Origin: Cyanophyceae cyanobacterium
GTDB lineage: Bacteria; Cyanobacteriota; Cyanobacteriia; Cyanobacteriales; Laspinemataceae
DNA: 64,000 bases
NCBI GenBank assembly: GCA_038321985.1
Contig: JBBQFN010000007.1
Coordinates: 32,001 to 96,000, forward strand
Direction: 5' to 3'
Each line of letters starts with the position of its first letter. The first letter of the stretch is position 1. The notes under the pieces are model-generated. The model made no database searches. It was not told the DNA's origin and worked only from the letters and a program-made list of their open reading frames with translations. Shown here one piece after another: positions 10,532 through 21,246 of this stretch. The position numbers were made by a program, and so were the translations under genes.

Positions 10532-11371
10532 ATGGCAAAATTCAGCAGAACCTGGTGGGGAAAACGCTTTATTAGCGCCTTAGAAGACTTTACCGATTCC
10601 AGCCGCTTGGGCCGGGGCAGGTCCTACGCCAATAATGGCAAAATCAAAGAGTATCGGATTATCAACAACCAAATTACCGCCAAAGTGCGGGGGTCAGTGA
10701 ATCCCTATTATGGGGTGTACAAAGAACCCCTTTATACCACTAAAATTGAAATCGCCCCGATTTCTCCGGCGCAATGGTCCAAAGCCATTAAAACCATGGC
10801 ATCCAATGCCAGTTTCGTCTCAAAACTGTTAATGAATGAAGTGCCGGATAATATTGATTCCGCCTTTGCTGACTTGAAACTGCATTTACTTCCAGACAGT
10901 CGCAAAGACTTCAAAACAACCTGTTCTTGTCCCGACTATGCCAACCCTTGTAAACATATTGCTGGAGTTTATTATTTAGTTGCGGCGCAATTAGATTCTG
11001 ACCCATTTTTACTCTTTGAACTGCGGGGACTCTCCCGGGAAGATTTGCAAACCGAACTGGCAAAAACTCCCTTAGGAGAAGCCCTTTCTGCCTCCTTGCA
11101 TGAAACAGCGATCGCCCCGCACCCCTCAGAATCCTATTACACCGAACCGGAACGAGTCCCTATCAATGCCACCGCCGATTTAAAAGAGTTTTGGATGGGT
11201 TCCAAACGACTACCACCCCCACCGCCACCCTCCCAACCGGCGATCGTTCCCGCCATTCTGATTAAAAAAGCCGGTGATTTTCCTCCCTTTTGGCAAAAGG
11301 ATACTTCTTTTCTTGAGGTGATGTCAGACTTCTACACTCGCGTCAAAACCAAAAATAAAGAAGTCTTGTAA
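10532..11371 (+). CDS. SWIM zinc-finger protein, usual partner of the SNF2 helicase
   Basis: TWWGKRF, RLGRGRSYA, CSCPDYANPCKH, DPFLLFELRG; starts 5 bp after the helicase. Confidence 0.92.
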   Translation: MAKFSRTWWGKRFISALEDFTDSSRLGRGRSYANNGKIKEYRIINNQITAKVRGSVNPYYGVYKEPLYTTKIEIAPISPAQWSKAIKTMASNASFVSKLLMNEVPDNIDSAFADLKLHLLPDSRKDFKTTCSCPDYANPCKHIAGVYYLVAAQLDSDPFLLFELRGLSREDLQTELAKTPLGEALSASLHETAIAPHPSESYYTEPERVPINATADLKEFWMGSKRLPPPPPPSQPAIVPAILIKKAGDFPPFWQKDTSFLEVMSDFYTRVKTKNKEVL

Positions 11372-11483
11372 GTTTAGTCTCTTCCCTTCTTCTTTGGATT
11401 GGGGAGGGGACTGAATCATGGATTGTTTCCCCGCATAAATTAGGATGACCTAAAATGTAGGATACTTTTAAACACTCGACCCC

Positions 11484-12149
11484 TCACAACAAGCCACGAT
11501 AGCGAATAAAGAGTAAAATTACTGCCCATGAACCCAATGCTACTTTGATAGCAACGAGAATATTTAAAATGGGAAGGATCCCCCCACTTAGCAACGTTCC
11601 CAACTGACCGTGGGGGAACTCAATTCCGACCAGGGTTAGCATTGCTAATCCTATAAAAATGATCACAGAAATCTTTTCCCAAGTCGCAGTATGCCACCGC
11701 TTATAAAGGGATTGCATGAGTTCCATTGATGAGGTAATGGCGATTAACCCGATCGCTGTCCCTCCGGCTACCCCTGCTGCAAATCCTCCCCCAGGACTTA
11801 AATGCCCACGAATTGCTAATTCAACGCCCACTAATGCAGCAATTGTTGCCCCTAAACGCGCTAAAACAATGGAGGGCTGATCGTTGAATTGATAGACTTG
11901 AGTCGAGGGTTTTTCGTTTGCCAGTAAATACTTAACGCCCACAATAGAAATAGTAAAAACTACGACTTCAAAAATGGTATCGTACAATCGATTTCTTAAA
12001 ATAATGCCGGATACTGCATTAGGAACTCCAGTCTCCTCAATCACAGATTGCACGATTTGTAAAGTTGTTTCATCGGCTAGGATAGAATTAGAGGTAAACA
12101 CAATTTTGAGGGAAAGGGCGATTCCCGCTAAAACATAAATCCACTTCAT
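11484..12149 (-). CDS. mnhB: Mrp/Mnh Na+/H+ antiporter subunit B
   Basis: NAVSGIILRNRLYDTIFE, GHLSPGGGFAAG. Confidence 0.9.
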   Translation of the reverse strand: MKWIYVLAGIALSLKIVFTSNSILADETTLQIVQSVIEETGVPNAVSGIILRNRLYDTIFEVVVFTISIVGVKYLLANEKPSTQVYQFNDQPSIVLARLGATIAALVGVELAIRGHLSPGGGFAAGVAGGTAIGLIAITSSMELMQSLYKRWHTATWEKISVIIFIGLAMLTLVGIEFPHGQLGTLLSGGILPILNILVAIKVALGSWAVILLFIRYRGLL

Positions 12150-12154
12150 AACTG

Positions 12155-12745
12155 TTACTCCGATGAACCCGAGGGACTAATTAAGGGATTGAAATAGGTA
12201 ACCGGCATCTCCGAGGGAAGTTCCTCTTTCATGATTTCATAAAGACGCTGAATCCGGGTTGTGGTTTGATAGCAGGTTACTTTTTCCAGGGTTGCCCTAA
12301 AGGTGCGATCGCCATGTTCCACAGGCTTAGGCTTCACATAAACGGTATGAATTTCTTTTTCTTTAAAGGCTTGATTTAGGGCTAATTCATCGGGATAAGG
12401 AACTAATTCAAGACGCATATACCGTTTTGCAAAAATTGCTCGTAAATCGTCAATGGGTTTTCCTTGAGGGCGATCGCCTTCTGGATATTCCCCTTCGATA
12501 AATCCCATCCGCATCACCATCGATGAACGCACCGCCACCGCATACAGTGTAATCGCCAGTAATGTCCCCATTAACGCCTCCGTTAACGCCACATCTGCTG
12601 CCCCCAATAGGGCATAAACTAAGGCTGACACAGCCCCTAAAATTCCTCGAATAATGAGAGCATGAAAGGGGTTGGTTTGCATCACTAACATACAAGCAGA
12701 CAAGGGCAAGAGTGCCACGATCGCATAGATATAAAATTCAGTCAC
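12155..12745 (-). CDS. DUF4040-type Mrp-associated membrane subunit
   Basis: LGAADVALTEALMG motif; GTG start at 12745 overlaps the mnhG stop region. Confidence 0.8.
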   Translation of the reverse strand: MTEFYIYAIVALLPLSACMLVMQTNPFHALIIRGILGAVSALVYALLGAADVALTEALMGTLLAITLYAVAVRSSMVMRMGFIEGEYPEGDRPQGKPIDDLRAIFAKRYMRLELVPYPDELALNQAFKEKEIHTVYVKPKPVEHGDRTFRATLEKVTCYQTTTRIQRLYEIMKEELPSEMPVTYFNPLISPSGSSE

Positions 12746-13016
12746 GATTCTCCTGTGCACTGGAACAATAGGCTAATACATATCCCAAAATTGTATTCCA
12801 AATGGCTAAAGAAATCAGGGCAAGCAGAATCAAAGGCCATTCCCTCGGAATTTTCAGCAGCAATCCAATGGTAATAGACATGGAACCCAGAGTATCTGAC
12901 ACCGAAAGAGTATGGAGCTTATATAACACCGATCGCTCCCCCAATAACGGATAAGTTCCCCAAAACCAGAAGAAAATTCCGACTCCGATACAACCATAAC
13001 TTAAAAAGTCAATCAT
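12738..13016 (-). CDS. mnhG: Mrp/Mnh subunit G
   Basis: KLHTLSVSDTLG motif, three hydrophobic segments, operon position. Confidence 0.85.
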   Translation of the reverse strand: MIDFLSYGCIGVGIFFWFWGTYPLLGERSVLYKLHTLSVSDTLGSMSITIGLLLKIPREWPLILLALISLAIWNTILGYVLAYCSSAQENRD

Positions 13017-13276
13017 ACGTCATTCAAGCGTTTCAAAATATGAGCAAGCAACATTAAACCGGCATTCCCCACACTGAGGATAATCACTCCCGTCACTCCG
13101 ATATTCCAATCATCTCGAAACACAGAAACAACTAAAATCATGATGGAAGTTTTCGTTGCAATGCTGGCAAAGGCTAACATTTTTTGCCAAACATCATCAT
13201 CTTTATAGCCTTCATACATTGGAATTAGTAGTGCCAAAATCATGGCAAACAGTATCCCATTCATGGTTAAATTCAT
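13013..13276 (-). CDS. mnhF: Mrp/Mnh subunit F-like
   Basis: 87-aa protein with three hydrophobic segments between E and G, overlapping start/stop codons. Confidence 0.7.
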   Translation of the reverse strand: MNLTMNGILFAMILALLIPMYEGYKDDDVWQKMLAFASIATKTSIMILVVSVFRDDWNIGVTGVIILSVGNAGLMLLAHILKRLNDV

Positions 13277-13662
13277 TGGGGGCTTCTCCGGCGCAAACGA
13301 TGGACTTCATACCAGCCTTCTTCGTAATATCTGGAAACAATCGTCTTGGGGGTAAAGGTAATCAAGAAAATATCTAAAAATACCAATCCTGGGGAACGGC
13401 GAGGCGGGGCTTGTTCCATCGTGATATCTTCAAATCGATGAGGAAACAAGATGAGTTCAAAGGCTTCCTTATAAGCGACGGGAACTGCCACAATAATCTC
13501 CCACAATGCCCGTATCCAATCTTTTAACGCCCCCTTGATTTTATGATTATGAGGCAACAGCAGGGAAATCGTGACCCCGATCAAAATATTGGGTAAACTC
13601 AAATCGGCAGTCAGCAAAAACCAAATGACCAATCGTAAGATTAAATTGAGATATCCTATCAT
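13273..13662 (-). CDS. mnhE: Mrp/Mnh subunit E
   Basis: IWFLLT N-terminus, ITFTPKTIV motif. Confidence 0.85.
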   Translation of the reverse strand: MIGYLNLILRLVIWFLLTADLSLPNILIGVTISLLLPHNHKIKGALKDWIRALWEIIVAVPVAYKEAFELILFPHRFEDITMEQAPPRRSPGLVFLDIFLITFTPKTIVSRYYEEGWYEVHRLRRRSPQ

Positions 13663-13663
13663 C

Positions 13664-15106
13664 TTAATACAAACTCCAGGCACACCAGAACAGTAGAAGG
13701 GAAATCAGACTCATCACCCCAACTAAATGCTCAAATTCTTCAAACATTCGGGGTAAATTCAAAGTAACCCGTTGAATCACGAGGAAATAAATCCCTACAC
13801 CAACGGCTACAATTCCCGTCGCTTTGAGCATATTAGCAATCGTATAAAATTCATAATGAACTACATTGGCAAAAATCAAACTCCCTAACAAAATACCAAT
13901 TGCTAGCCAAAACCCTATCCGCATCGGTTCTTTACTTTCCAATTTTTGATGAGGGAGAAAGACAAACTTGGAAAAGCAGATGACGCTGCCCACTGCTGCT
14001 AAATTCATGGGGATACTTTGCCAAGAAACCAAATGTTTGAGGGTTAACATCTTGGCTTCAAATCCCGCCAACAAAGGAAATCCGGAAATAGACAAACCTG
14101 CTAAACACAGGGGAATCCACAGGGCGGTATTCATCGGCTTAGTTTGCAGGATCTGAAAGTCTCGACTCGGCAAATTTCCAGCAATTAGGAACAAACTGGA
14201 TTTAACTAATCCGTGGGTTAAAGCATAAAATCCGGCTACTTCTGGAGCAGAAATAATCCACCCTAACTGCGAAACAGTGCTAAAGGCTAGCAGGCGTTTT
14301 GTATCTTTTTCAAAGATGGCATAACTCACCCCTAAAATCGCCGTTCCGACGCCAAAAATCCGGACAATGGGACTAACTTCCTCTAAAATAAGAGCGCAAC
14401 GGATTAAAGGAAATGCACCGGCTTTGACGACAATTCCCGACAATAGGGCTGAAACCGGCGTTTCGGATTCTGAATGCGTTAAGGGTAACCACAATCCGGA
14501 GACAAAAATTCCCGCCTTGGTCAACAATCCCATGAAAATTAAAGCCAAGGCTTCCGGGGGTGCACCGCGCAATCCTTCAAAACTAAAGGAATGATGGGCT
14601 TTATAAACGAGGGCTGCCCCCACTAGATAAAATAACATGGCGATATTGCTGACAAACAGATAGCGCAATGCCACCCAAATTGAGCGATCGCTTCTCGGAT
14701 AGCTCACCAGCAACGAAGCCGCAATTCCGCTTACCTCTAATGCCACATATAAGCTAATAAAATCCGTGCAAATAAAGGCGGCATTGAGACTACCATGCAG
14801 AATAATCATCTGGGCATAAAAGAAAGCACTTTTCTCTGTCTGCCAGCAGTACAGAATCACCGCAGCGGTTACCAAGGCATTGGTTAAAATAAAATAACCG
14901 CTAAGTTGATCAATCAGTAGCGTCACTCCCGCGGAATCGAGTAATTGCAAAGCAACCGGCGATTCCAGTAAAAACACTTGTACCGCAAATGCAACCGAAG
15001 CCAACGCCGTTAGGGTGACAAGGTAGCGATCCAATTGAGGGAGGATAAAAATCGTGAATCCTGCCAAAAATGGTAGCGTCATCCAGGCGATCATTAAAGT
15101 ATTCAT
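13664..15106 (-). CDS. mnhD: Mrp/Mnh subunit D (proton-conducting transporter)
   Basis: DFISLYVALE, WLPLTHSESETPVSALLSG, DTKRLLAFSTVSQLG, HGLVKSSLF. Confidence 0.9.
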   Translation of the reverse strand: MNTLMIAWMTLPFLAGFTIFILPQLDRYLVTLTALASVAFAVQVFLLESPVALQLLDSAGVTLLIDQLSGYFILTNALVTAAVILYCWQTEKSAFFYAQMIILHGSLNAAFICTDFISLYVALEVSGIAASLLVSYPRSDRSIWVALRYLFVSNIAMLFYLVGAALVYKAHHSFSFEGLRGAPPEALALIFMGLLTKAGIFVSGLWLPLTHSESETPVSALLSGIVVKAGAFPLIRCALILEEVSPIVRIFGVGTAILGVSYAIFEKDTKRLLAFSTVSQLGWIISAPEVAGFYALTHGLVKSSLFLIAGNLPSRDFQILQTKPMNTALWIPLCLAGLSISGFPLLAGFEAKMLTLKHLVSWQSIPMNLAAVGSVICFSKFVFLPHQKLESKEPMRIGFWLAIGILLGSLIFANVVHYEFYTIANMLKATGIVAVGVGIYFLVIQRVTLNLPRMFEEFEHLVGVMSLISLLLFWCAWSLY

Positions 15107-15447
15107 GGCGTATTATTTTTTTCAATTTCAGTGATTTCTAAAGTGGGATTATCTCGGGCTAATTTCATGACCCCGACTAACATTAAAGCCTGAATTGAAA
15201 ACCCAATTACAATTGCCGTTAAAATCACAGCTTGGGGAACTGGATCAGCGTAGGCTACTGGATCAGTCCCATCGCCGACAACAATAGGGGTAAAAAAGAA
15301 ACCCCCTCGGGATGCCACGAATACATAATAAGCAATAACGCCGGTACTCATGATATCCATTGAGACAATTTTCATCAATAGGTTCTTTTTAAAGATAATT
15401 CCAAAAAATCCGCATAAAATGGTGGCAACGACAAAAGATTCTAACAC
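15103..15447 (-). CDS. mnhC: Mrp/Mnh subunit C
   Basis: YADPVPQAVILTAIVIGF signature. Confidence 0.92.
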   Translation of the reverse strand: MLESFVVATILCGFFGIIFKKNLLMKIVSMDIMSTGVIAYYVFVASRGGFFFTPIVVGDGTDPVAYADPVPQAVILTAIVIGFSIQALMLVGVMKLARDNPTLEITEIEKNNTP

Positions 15448-15736
15448 GGCAAGGGTTGGCGGTAAGGAGGACGAGTTACGCTCAGGGAACGATTTAATTT
15501 ACCGATTCTACAATAATCTGAGGCACTTCGGAATATTTATACAGTGGAAAAATCATAAAAAATTTTAGTGTAGTTTCCAGAGTTCCGCTTATAGATAATC
15601 GTGTAAAAATACTTAGGGAAGGAGCCATGTAAACTTCTTATCCCGATAGAGAGGGGGGATAATTGATGAAGGTAACCTATATCACTGATTGCCTCTTCCT
15701 ATATTTGCTTGTCTAAGTCTTGTATAGAGGGGTTTC

Positions 15737-15859
15737 ATATCAAGTCCAATCATTTCCTTATAATTCCCAGATTGCTGTCATCCCCGCAGCAGCCGGAGGA
15801 ATCCATCTTTGCTTATGCTTAGAGGATGCTGTTTACGACGGATTAACCGGACTTGATAT
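15737..15859. mobile_element. MITE-like element with 11-bp terminal inverted repeats
   Basis: ATATCAAGTCC (15737) and GGACTTGATAT (ends 15859) enclose a degenerate GTCATCCCCGC...GGAATCC palindrome; non-coding. Confidence 0.5.
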
Positions 15860-16019
15860 CAGATATTGAGAAATTTTCCAACTAATTTATACCCATTCTC
15901 TTCAACCCAAATGCAAAACTTAAAAAAAAAGCCCCCCTGATTAAGGGGGGTTGAGGGGATCAACCCTAAATTATCTTATTCATCTCTTCCGTTAACACGG
16001 AGTTCTGTCAACCGATAGA

Positions 16020-19000
16020 TTAGGCGCTGAAATATTTGGCAATGGGGTGATAAGTCACGATCGCCGTGGTGGATTGTTCAGGATAAAGCTGTTCACTTTC
16101 ATCCATATACAAGTGAATGCGATCGCTGCCTAACAAATCCATCTGCTTATACTGATCCTGCATATTCGGACAAGCGGGATAGCCGAAACTATACCGAGAA
16201 CCGCGATAACGCTGCTGCAAAATCTCCCGAATATTATCCGGTTCTTCACTACCAAATCCCAACTCCCGGCGAATCCGCGCGTGTAACCATTCTGCGATCG
16301 CCTCCGCTGTTTGTACCGCCAACCCATGAAAATACAAATAATCCGTATAGCGATCGCCTTCAAACAACATTTTTGCGTACTCCGTCGCCACTTCTCCCAC
16401 CGTCACCGCGTGCATCGGAAATACATCAATCTGACCCGTTTCCTTCGGTGCAAAAAAGTCCGCAATACATAACCGGCGCATCGACTTTTGACGAGGAAAC
16501 TCAAAGATGGCGACGGGTTCAGTTAGCGTCCCTTTTTCCCCTTCCTCTGGCTGATAAACCAACAAACTATTCCCGTCAGCCTGACAGGGAAAATAGCCAT
16601 AAACCGCCTGGGGATGTAATAGATTTTCCGAGAACACCCGTTCCTTCCAAGTCGCTAAAATCGGATGTACTGTTTCGGCCAAAAAAGCATCATATTCTGC
16701 CCGAGATTGACCTTGGGGTTTGCGGAATTGCCATTGTCCCGCAAACAGCGCTTGTAAATCCATATACTCGAATACTTCTTCCAAAGGAATATCCTCCGGT
16801 TGCAGCACCTTCGTTCCCCAAAATGGCGGCGTAGGACGCTCAATATCAATCGCTACCGCCTCAGAACGGCGCGTATCAACTTCCGCCGGTTCTTGAGATT
16901 TCGGAGTCGCTTTTTCTAGCTTTTCCCCATTCTCCGAAGTTGCTAATCTGGCATTTTCTTTAGCTTCAGCCTCATCCAAAAACCCGGTCAAATCATCCCA
17001 ATTTTGGGCCAGTTTTGCAGGCATCAATTTATCCATGAAATGCAAGTCGGAAAAGGCATCTTTCCCGTAAACCACTTGACCTTTGTAAGTGTTTTGGCAA
17101 TCTTCATAAACAAATTTTGGAGTTAGCGCTGCGCCCCCTAAAATCACCGGAACACTGATTTCTCGTTCGTTAAATACCTCCAAATTTTCCTTCATAAAAG
17201 CCGTAGACTTCACCAAAAGCCCACTCATGGCAATGCAATCGGCCCGATGTTCCTGGTAGGCTTGGATAATATTCTCCACCGGCTGCTTAATCCCTAAATT
17301 AATCACGCGATAGCCATTATTCGTGAGAATAATATCCACCAAATTTTTACCAATATCGTGAACATCCCCTTTCACTGTGGCAATGATCACGGTCCCCTTC
17401 GCACTATCTTCTGACCCTTCTTTTTCCATAAAAGGTTCAAGATGGGCAACCGCTGCCTTCATCGTTTCCGCCGATTGCAACACAAAAGGTAATTGCATTT
17501 GTCCCGAACCAAACAATTCCCCTACAACTTTCATCCCATCCAGGAGATACTTATTGATAATCTCCAGGGGAGGATAGGTTTCTAAAGCCACGGTGAGGGC
17601 ATCAGTTAACCCAATCCGTTCACCGTCGATAATGTGATTTTTGAGGCGTTCTTCAATGGGTAAAGTGGCATCGATTGACCGGTCCCGCTTCGTGGTTTTC
17701 CCTTGGAAAAATTCCGTTACTTTCGCCAGGGGGTCATAAATGCAAACATCCCCTTCAAACCGACGGCGATCGTAAATCAAATCCCGACAGACTTCTTGCT
17801 GTTCCGGGTCAATTTTTGCCAAAGGTAAAATCTTACTGGCGCTAACGATCGCACTATCCAAACCCACCTGCATTGCTTCATTCAAAAACACCGAATTCAG
17901 CACTTGCCGCGCCGCTGGATTTAACCCAAACGAAATATTAGAAACCCCTAACAAAATATGACAACCGGGCAATTCTTCCCGAATCCGGCGAATTGACTCA
18001 ATGGTAGCTTTCCCATTTTCCCGATCTTCTTCAATCCCCGTAGAAATCGGTAATGCCAAGGTATCAAAAAACAATTCATGGGCTGGGACACCGTAGGCGA
18101 TCGCCGCATCATAAGCCCGTTTAGCAATTTCAACCTTGCGATCGGCCGTCCGCGCCATCCCCTCCTCATCAATCGTCCCAACAACCACCCCGGCACCATA
18201 CTGCTTTGCTAAATCTAGCACTTTGTAGAACCGTTCTTCCCCATCTTCATAGTTGGTAGAGTTCATCAAACACTTACCCCCGGCGACTTTTAACCCCGCC
18301 TCCATCTTCTCCCATTCCGTCGAATCGAGCATCAGGGGTAAAGTGGCATTCGTCACCAACCGAGACACTAACTCGTGCATATCTCGCACCCCATCCCGCC
18401 CCACATAGTCTACGTTCACATCCAGAATGTGAGCGCCTTCTCGCACTTGTTCCCGTCCCAGGGCCACTAATCCGTCCCAATCTTCCTCATTCAGCATCTC
18501 CCGGCACTTCTTAGAACCGCTGGCATTCAGCCGTTCTCCGACAATCAAGAACGAGTTATCCTGTTCATAGGGTTGAGCACTATAAATCGAAGCCGCAGCC
18601 GGAGTATATTGGAACAAATTGCGAGGCGGAGGACTGCCATTTTCACCCCAAACCCGCACCGATCGCTCCTTCGGCTTCAAACTCTTCGACAATTCCGCTA
18701 ACTGAGCAATGTGAGGCGCTTGGGTCCCACAACAACCCCCAATCACCTGCACGCCCAAATCTTCTACAAAGTGCATCAACGCCATCCTTAACTCCATCGG
18801 CGTCAACTTGTAATGCGCTTGTCCCCCAACATTTTCCGGTAACCCAGCATTGGGAATACAAGACACCACAAACGGCGAATTTTCAGCCAAATATCGGATA
18901 TGTTCCTTCATTTGAGCCGGACCCGTGGCACAATTGAGACCCAAAATATCAATCGGATAGGGTTCTAAAATGGCTAAAGCTGCACTAATATCCGAACCCA

Positions 19001-19613
19001 CCAACATCGTCCCCATCACTTCCATCGTGATCGAAACCATCAACGGCAACCGCTGACCTTTTTTATCAAAAACCGCTTCAATGCCATTCAATGCCGCCTT
19101 AATTTGCAACACATCCTGACAAGTTTCCACAATTAATAAATCAACCCCGCCATCAATTAGACCCTCTGCTTGTTCACTAAAAGCATCTTTCAGGGTATCA
19201 AAATCGATATGTCCCAACGTCGGTAATTTCGTCCCCGGACCTATCGAACCCGCCACAAATCGAGGCTTTTCCGGGGTAGAATATTCCGCAGCGACGCTTT
19301 TAGCGAGTTCTGCCGCCATTTTATTCAGTTCATAAGCGCGATCGCCGATATCATATTCCGCCAACACAATGGAAGTCCCGCCAAAGGTGTCAGTTTCAAT
19401 CACATCGGCACCGGCTTCTAGGAACCCGCGATGGACAATTTTCACCGCTTCCGGCTTCGTATAGACGAGATATTCGTTACAGCCTTCAAAGTCCTTGCCG
19501 CCAAAGTCATCAGCAGTCAGGTTCTGAAATTGCAGACTCGTACCCATCGCACCATCAAAAACCAGAACCGGGCGATCGGGACTATGCAGACGTTGAAGAA
19601 AAGCAGGGGTCAT
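16020..19613 (-). CDS. metH: Cobalamin-dependent methionine synthase
   Basis: [38 protein letters not shown] cobalamin motif, [10 protein letters not shown]. Confidence 0.98.
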   Translation of the reverse strand: MTPAFLQRLHSPDRPVLVFDGAMGTSLQFQNLTADDFGGKDFEGCNEYLVYTKPEAVKIVHRGFLEAGADVIETDTFGGTSIVLAEYDIGDRAYELNKMAAELAKSVAAEYSTPEKPRFVAGSIGPGTKLPTLGHIDFDTLKDAFSEQAEGLIDGGVDLLIVETCQDVLQIKAALNGIEAVFDKKGQRLPLMVSITMEVMGTMLVGSDISAALAILEPYPIDILGLNCATGPAQMKEHIRYLAENSPFVVSCIPNAGLPENVGGQAHYKLTPMELRMALMHFVEDLGVQVIGGCCGTQAPHIAQLAELSKSLKPKERSVRVWGENGSPPPRNLFQYTPAAASIYSAQPYEQDNSFLIVGERLNASGSKKCREMLNEEDWDGLVALGREQVREGAHILDVNVDYVGRDGVRDMHELVSRLVTNATLPLMLDSTEWEKMEAGLKVAGGKCLMNSTNYEDGEERFYKVLDLAKQYGAGVVVGTIDEEGMARTADRKVEIAKRAYDAAIAYGVPAHELFFDTLALPISTGIEEDRENGKATIESIRRIREELPGCHILLGVSNISFGLNPAARQVLNSVFLNEAMQVGLDSAIVSASKILPLAKIDPEQQEVCRDLIYDRRRFEGDVCIYDPLAKVTEFFQGKTTKRDRSIDATLPIEERLKNHIIDGERIGLTDALTVALETYPPLEIINKYLLDGMKVVGELFGSGQMQLPFVLQSAETMKAAVAHLEPFMEKEGSEDSAKGTVIIATVKGDVHDIGKNLVDIILTNNGYRVINLGIKQPVENIIQAYQEHRADCIAMSGLLVKSTAFMKENLEVFNEREISVPVILGGAALTPKFVYEDCQNTYKGQVVYGKDAFSDLHFMDKLMPAKLAQNWDDLTGFLDEAEAKENARLATSENGEKLEKATPKSQEPAEVDTRRSEAVAIDIERPTPPFWGTKVLQPEDIPLEEVFEYMDLQALFAGQWQFRKPQGQSRAEYDAFLAETVHPILATWKERVFSENLLHPQAVYGYFPCQADGNSLLVYQPEEGEKGTLTEPVAIFEFPRQKSMRRLCIADFFAPKETGQIDVFPMHAVTVGEVATEYAKMLFEGDRYTDYLYFHGLAVQTAEAIAEWLHARIRRELGFGSEEPDNIREILQQRYRGSRYSFGYPACPNMQDQYKQMDLLGSDRIHLYMDESEQLYPEQSTTAIVTYHPIAKYFSA

Positions 19614-19697
19614 AGCAACATCAAGATAAGATTTAGTATTTGATTACTTTATCTTACTTCTGGTTTGGAGTTCAGCAGTCCAGACCCCAATTTTTTG

Positions 19698-19803
19698 GAT
19701 CCACTCTCCCCCGTGGCACGACGCAGCGTGAAAGTATAATCCTTACAGGGTAAGCCCCTTTCCGCTGGGTATCTCTGGTTTCTTGGGAAGTGGCGATCAA
19801 CCC
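19698..19803 (-). promoter_or_regulatory. Structured 5' leader of metH (candidate cis-regulatory RNA)
   Basis: Nested complementary segments 19698-19712/19785-19798, 19724-19734/19758-19767 and 19742-19746/19750-19754; TAAAAT on the minus strand just upstream. Confidence 0.45.
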
Positions 19804-19836
19804 ATGATGATTTTATCGATACCGAAGTTTAAATTT

Positions 19837-19929
19837 TCAAGGCTTAACAGGGTCTAAACTAGCCTTTCCACAGAAGAATTTTGAGCGGACAGGGTGACCA
19901 ATCCTAAACGCTTCAATCTTTAGAACCAT
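19837..19929 (-). pseudogene. Truncated GNAT toxin (TacT/AtaT-like N-terminus only)
   Basis: TAATG overlap with the antitoxin stop; reads MVLKIEAFRIGHPVRSKFFCGKASLDPVKP*, matching the IExL..HxRxxFxCG..xLD start of GNAT toxins. Confidence 0.7.
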
Positions 19930-20225
19930 TAGTCAGTTATGACTTGCTGATATCGTACCAATTCGGCTTTCAGCTTATCATTTAGCAGAGGAGGATTAAG
20001 AAGAGAATTGACAAAGGCTTCGCTATCCTCAAGACTGAGTTTAAGTGTTTGATGCTCTTGAATTACTCGAATGGCTTCTGCCTGAACCGTTGACAGAATA
20101 AAATCAGTTAAAGTACGGCCTTGTAGATCGGCAGCCTTCTGTAAAAGCGCTTTCATTTCTGGGCTGGTACGAGCTTCTAGTCGTGCCATCGATTTTTGAT
20201 TAATTTTATTAGCCATATTCATCAA
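19929..20225 (-). CDS. DUF1778 ribbon-helix-helix antitoxin (TacA/AtaR-like)
   Basis: ARLEARTSPEMKALLQKAADLQGRTLTDF...LSLEDSEAFVNSLLNPP. Confidence 0.88.
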   Translation of the reverse strand: MMNMANKINQKSMARLEARTSPEMKALLQKAADLQGRTLTDFILSTVQAEAIRVIQEHQTLKLSLEDSEAFVNSLLNPPLLNDKLKAELVRYQQVITD

Positions 20226-20369
20226 CCCGAGACATTTTAGAGCGGCTATTAATTTTAATGATATCCAACAAATTGCCGGATGTCAACCCGAGTCACCTTT
20301 GCAGATAGATAGGTAGAGGCGATCGCCCCCGACGCAGAGAAACGGTTGGGTTTAAAGGAAAAGACGCTT

Positions 20370-20461
20370 GGGGGCGATCGCCTCTGGGATAAATCAACCC
20401 GCTATTACAGATTGACAATGGGAGGGGTGGAGAGAAGGCGATCGCCTCTGCAACACCGATT
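20370..20461. repeat. ~90-bp imperfect direct repeat, copy 1 (copy 2 at 21247-21338)
   Basis: GGGGGCGATCGCCTCTGGGATAAATCAAC...ATTACAGATTGACAATGGGA...GAGAAGGC...CACCGATT. Confidence 0.85.
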
Positions 20462-20948
20462 ACTCACCCACATCCTGTAAAACGCGATCGTATAGTTCGT
20501 CGCTCACCCGAAACCGGGAAATATCAATTAACTCATCGATTAAAGGTTTAATTTCAGAAATCAATCCCCGGCGTTTAGCAACAATCAAAACGCCTAAAAC
20601 CCCCGTGAGTTTTATTCCCAGACGAGAAGCAACGGCTCGACCTTTCCGTTCATCAATTAAGAGCCGATCAGCATTTAATTCTCGGGCTAGGGCGATCGCT
20701 TCTGCTTCCCCTAAATCTAACGGTTCTTGTTGCAGTGCTATCACCAAAGAAGGGTTAACCACGGAACGAACTTGAATCCAATCTAAACTCTGCACTTCCC
20801 TCGTACCGGGGACGGGAGTTTCCAATCCAGTTAGCTCCTGGTAAACCGCTTCAGGAATAATAATTTGGTTATAAAGTTTTTGGAGTAGGTCTAGCTGGCG
20901 AATTGCCGCCAGATTGGTAATGGGTGAAGTATTGCTAACGACTGTCAC
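20460..20948 (-). CDS. DUF3368 PIN-like nuclease-domain protein (putative toxin)
   Basis: VVSNTSPI, IPEAVYQE, LDLGEAEAIALA, LLIDERKGR, TGVLGVL. Confidence 0.9.
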   Translation of the reverse strand: MTVVSNTSPITNLAAIRQLDLLQKLYNQIIIPEAVYQELTGLETPVPGTREVQSLDWIQVRSVVNPSLVIALQQEPLDLGEAEAIALARELNADRLLIDERKGRAVASRLGIKLTGVLGVLIVAKRRGLISEIKPLIDELIDISRFRVSDELYDRVLQDVGE

Positions 20949-21193
20949 AAATCCCCCAATTCTTTGAGATTTTTAATATCTAATTCATAATCTTCTATTT
21001 CATAAGAATACGGGGGAATATTGCGAGAAATGAGCAACTCTTCAAACACAATTCGTGGCATTCCGGCTAACTGGCAGGCTTGTACCAGAGAGAGCTTTTG
21101 TTGTTGGAAAAGCAGCATGGCAATTTCCTGCTTTAACTCAGACTCAGTTATTTGTGCCGCTTCGAGGATTTCATCGGAAATGGTAACGCTCAT
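20945..21193 (-). CDS. UPF0175 family protein (putative antitoxin)
   Basis: ELKQEIAMLLFQQQKLSLVQACQLAG; 4-bp overlap with the DUF3368 gene. Confidence 0.88.
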   Translation of the reverse strand: MSVTISDEILEAAQITESELKQEIAMLLFQQQKLSLVQACQLAGMPRIVFEELLISRNIPPYSYEIEDYELDIKNLKELGDL

Positions 21194-21246
21194 GATTCGG
21201 GGTTCTTAACTGGCTACTCTCATTTTATCAGGTATGGTAGGGAGTA

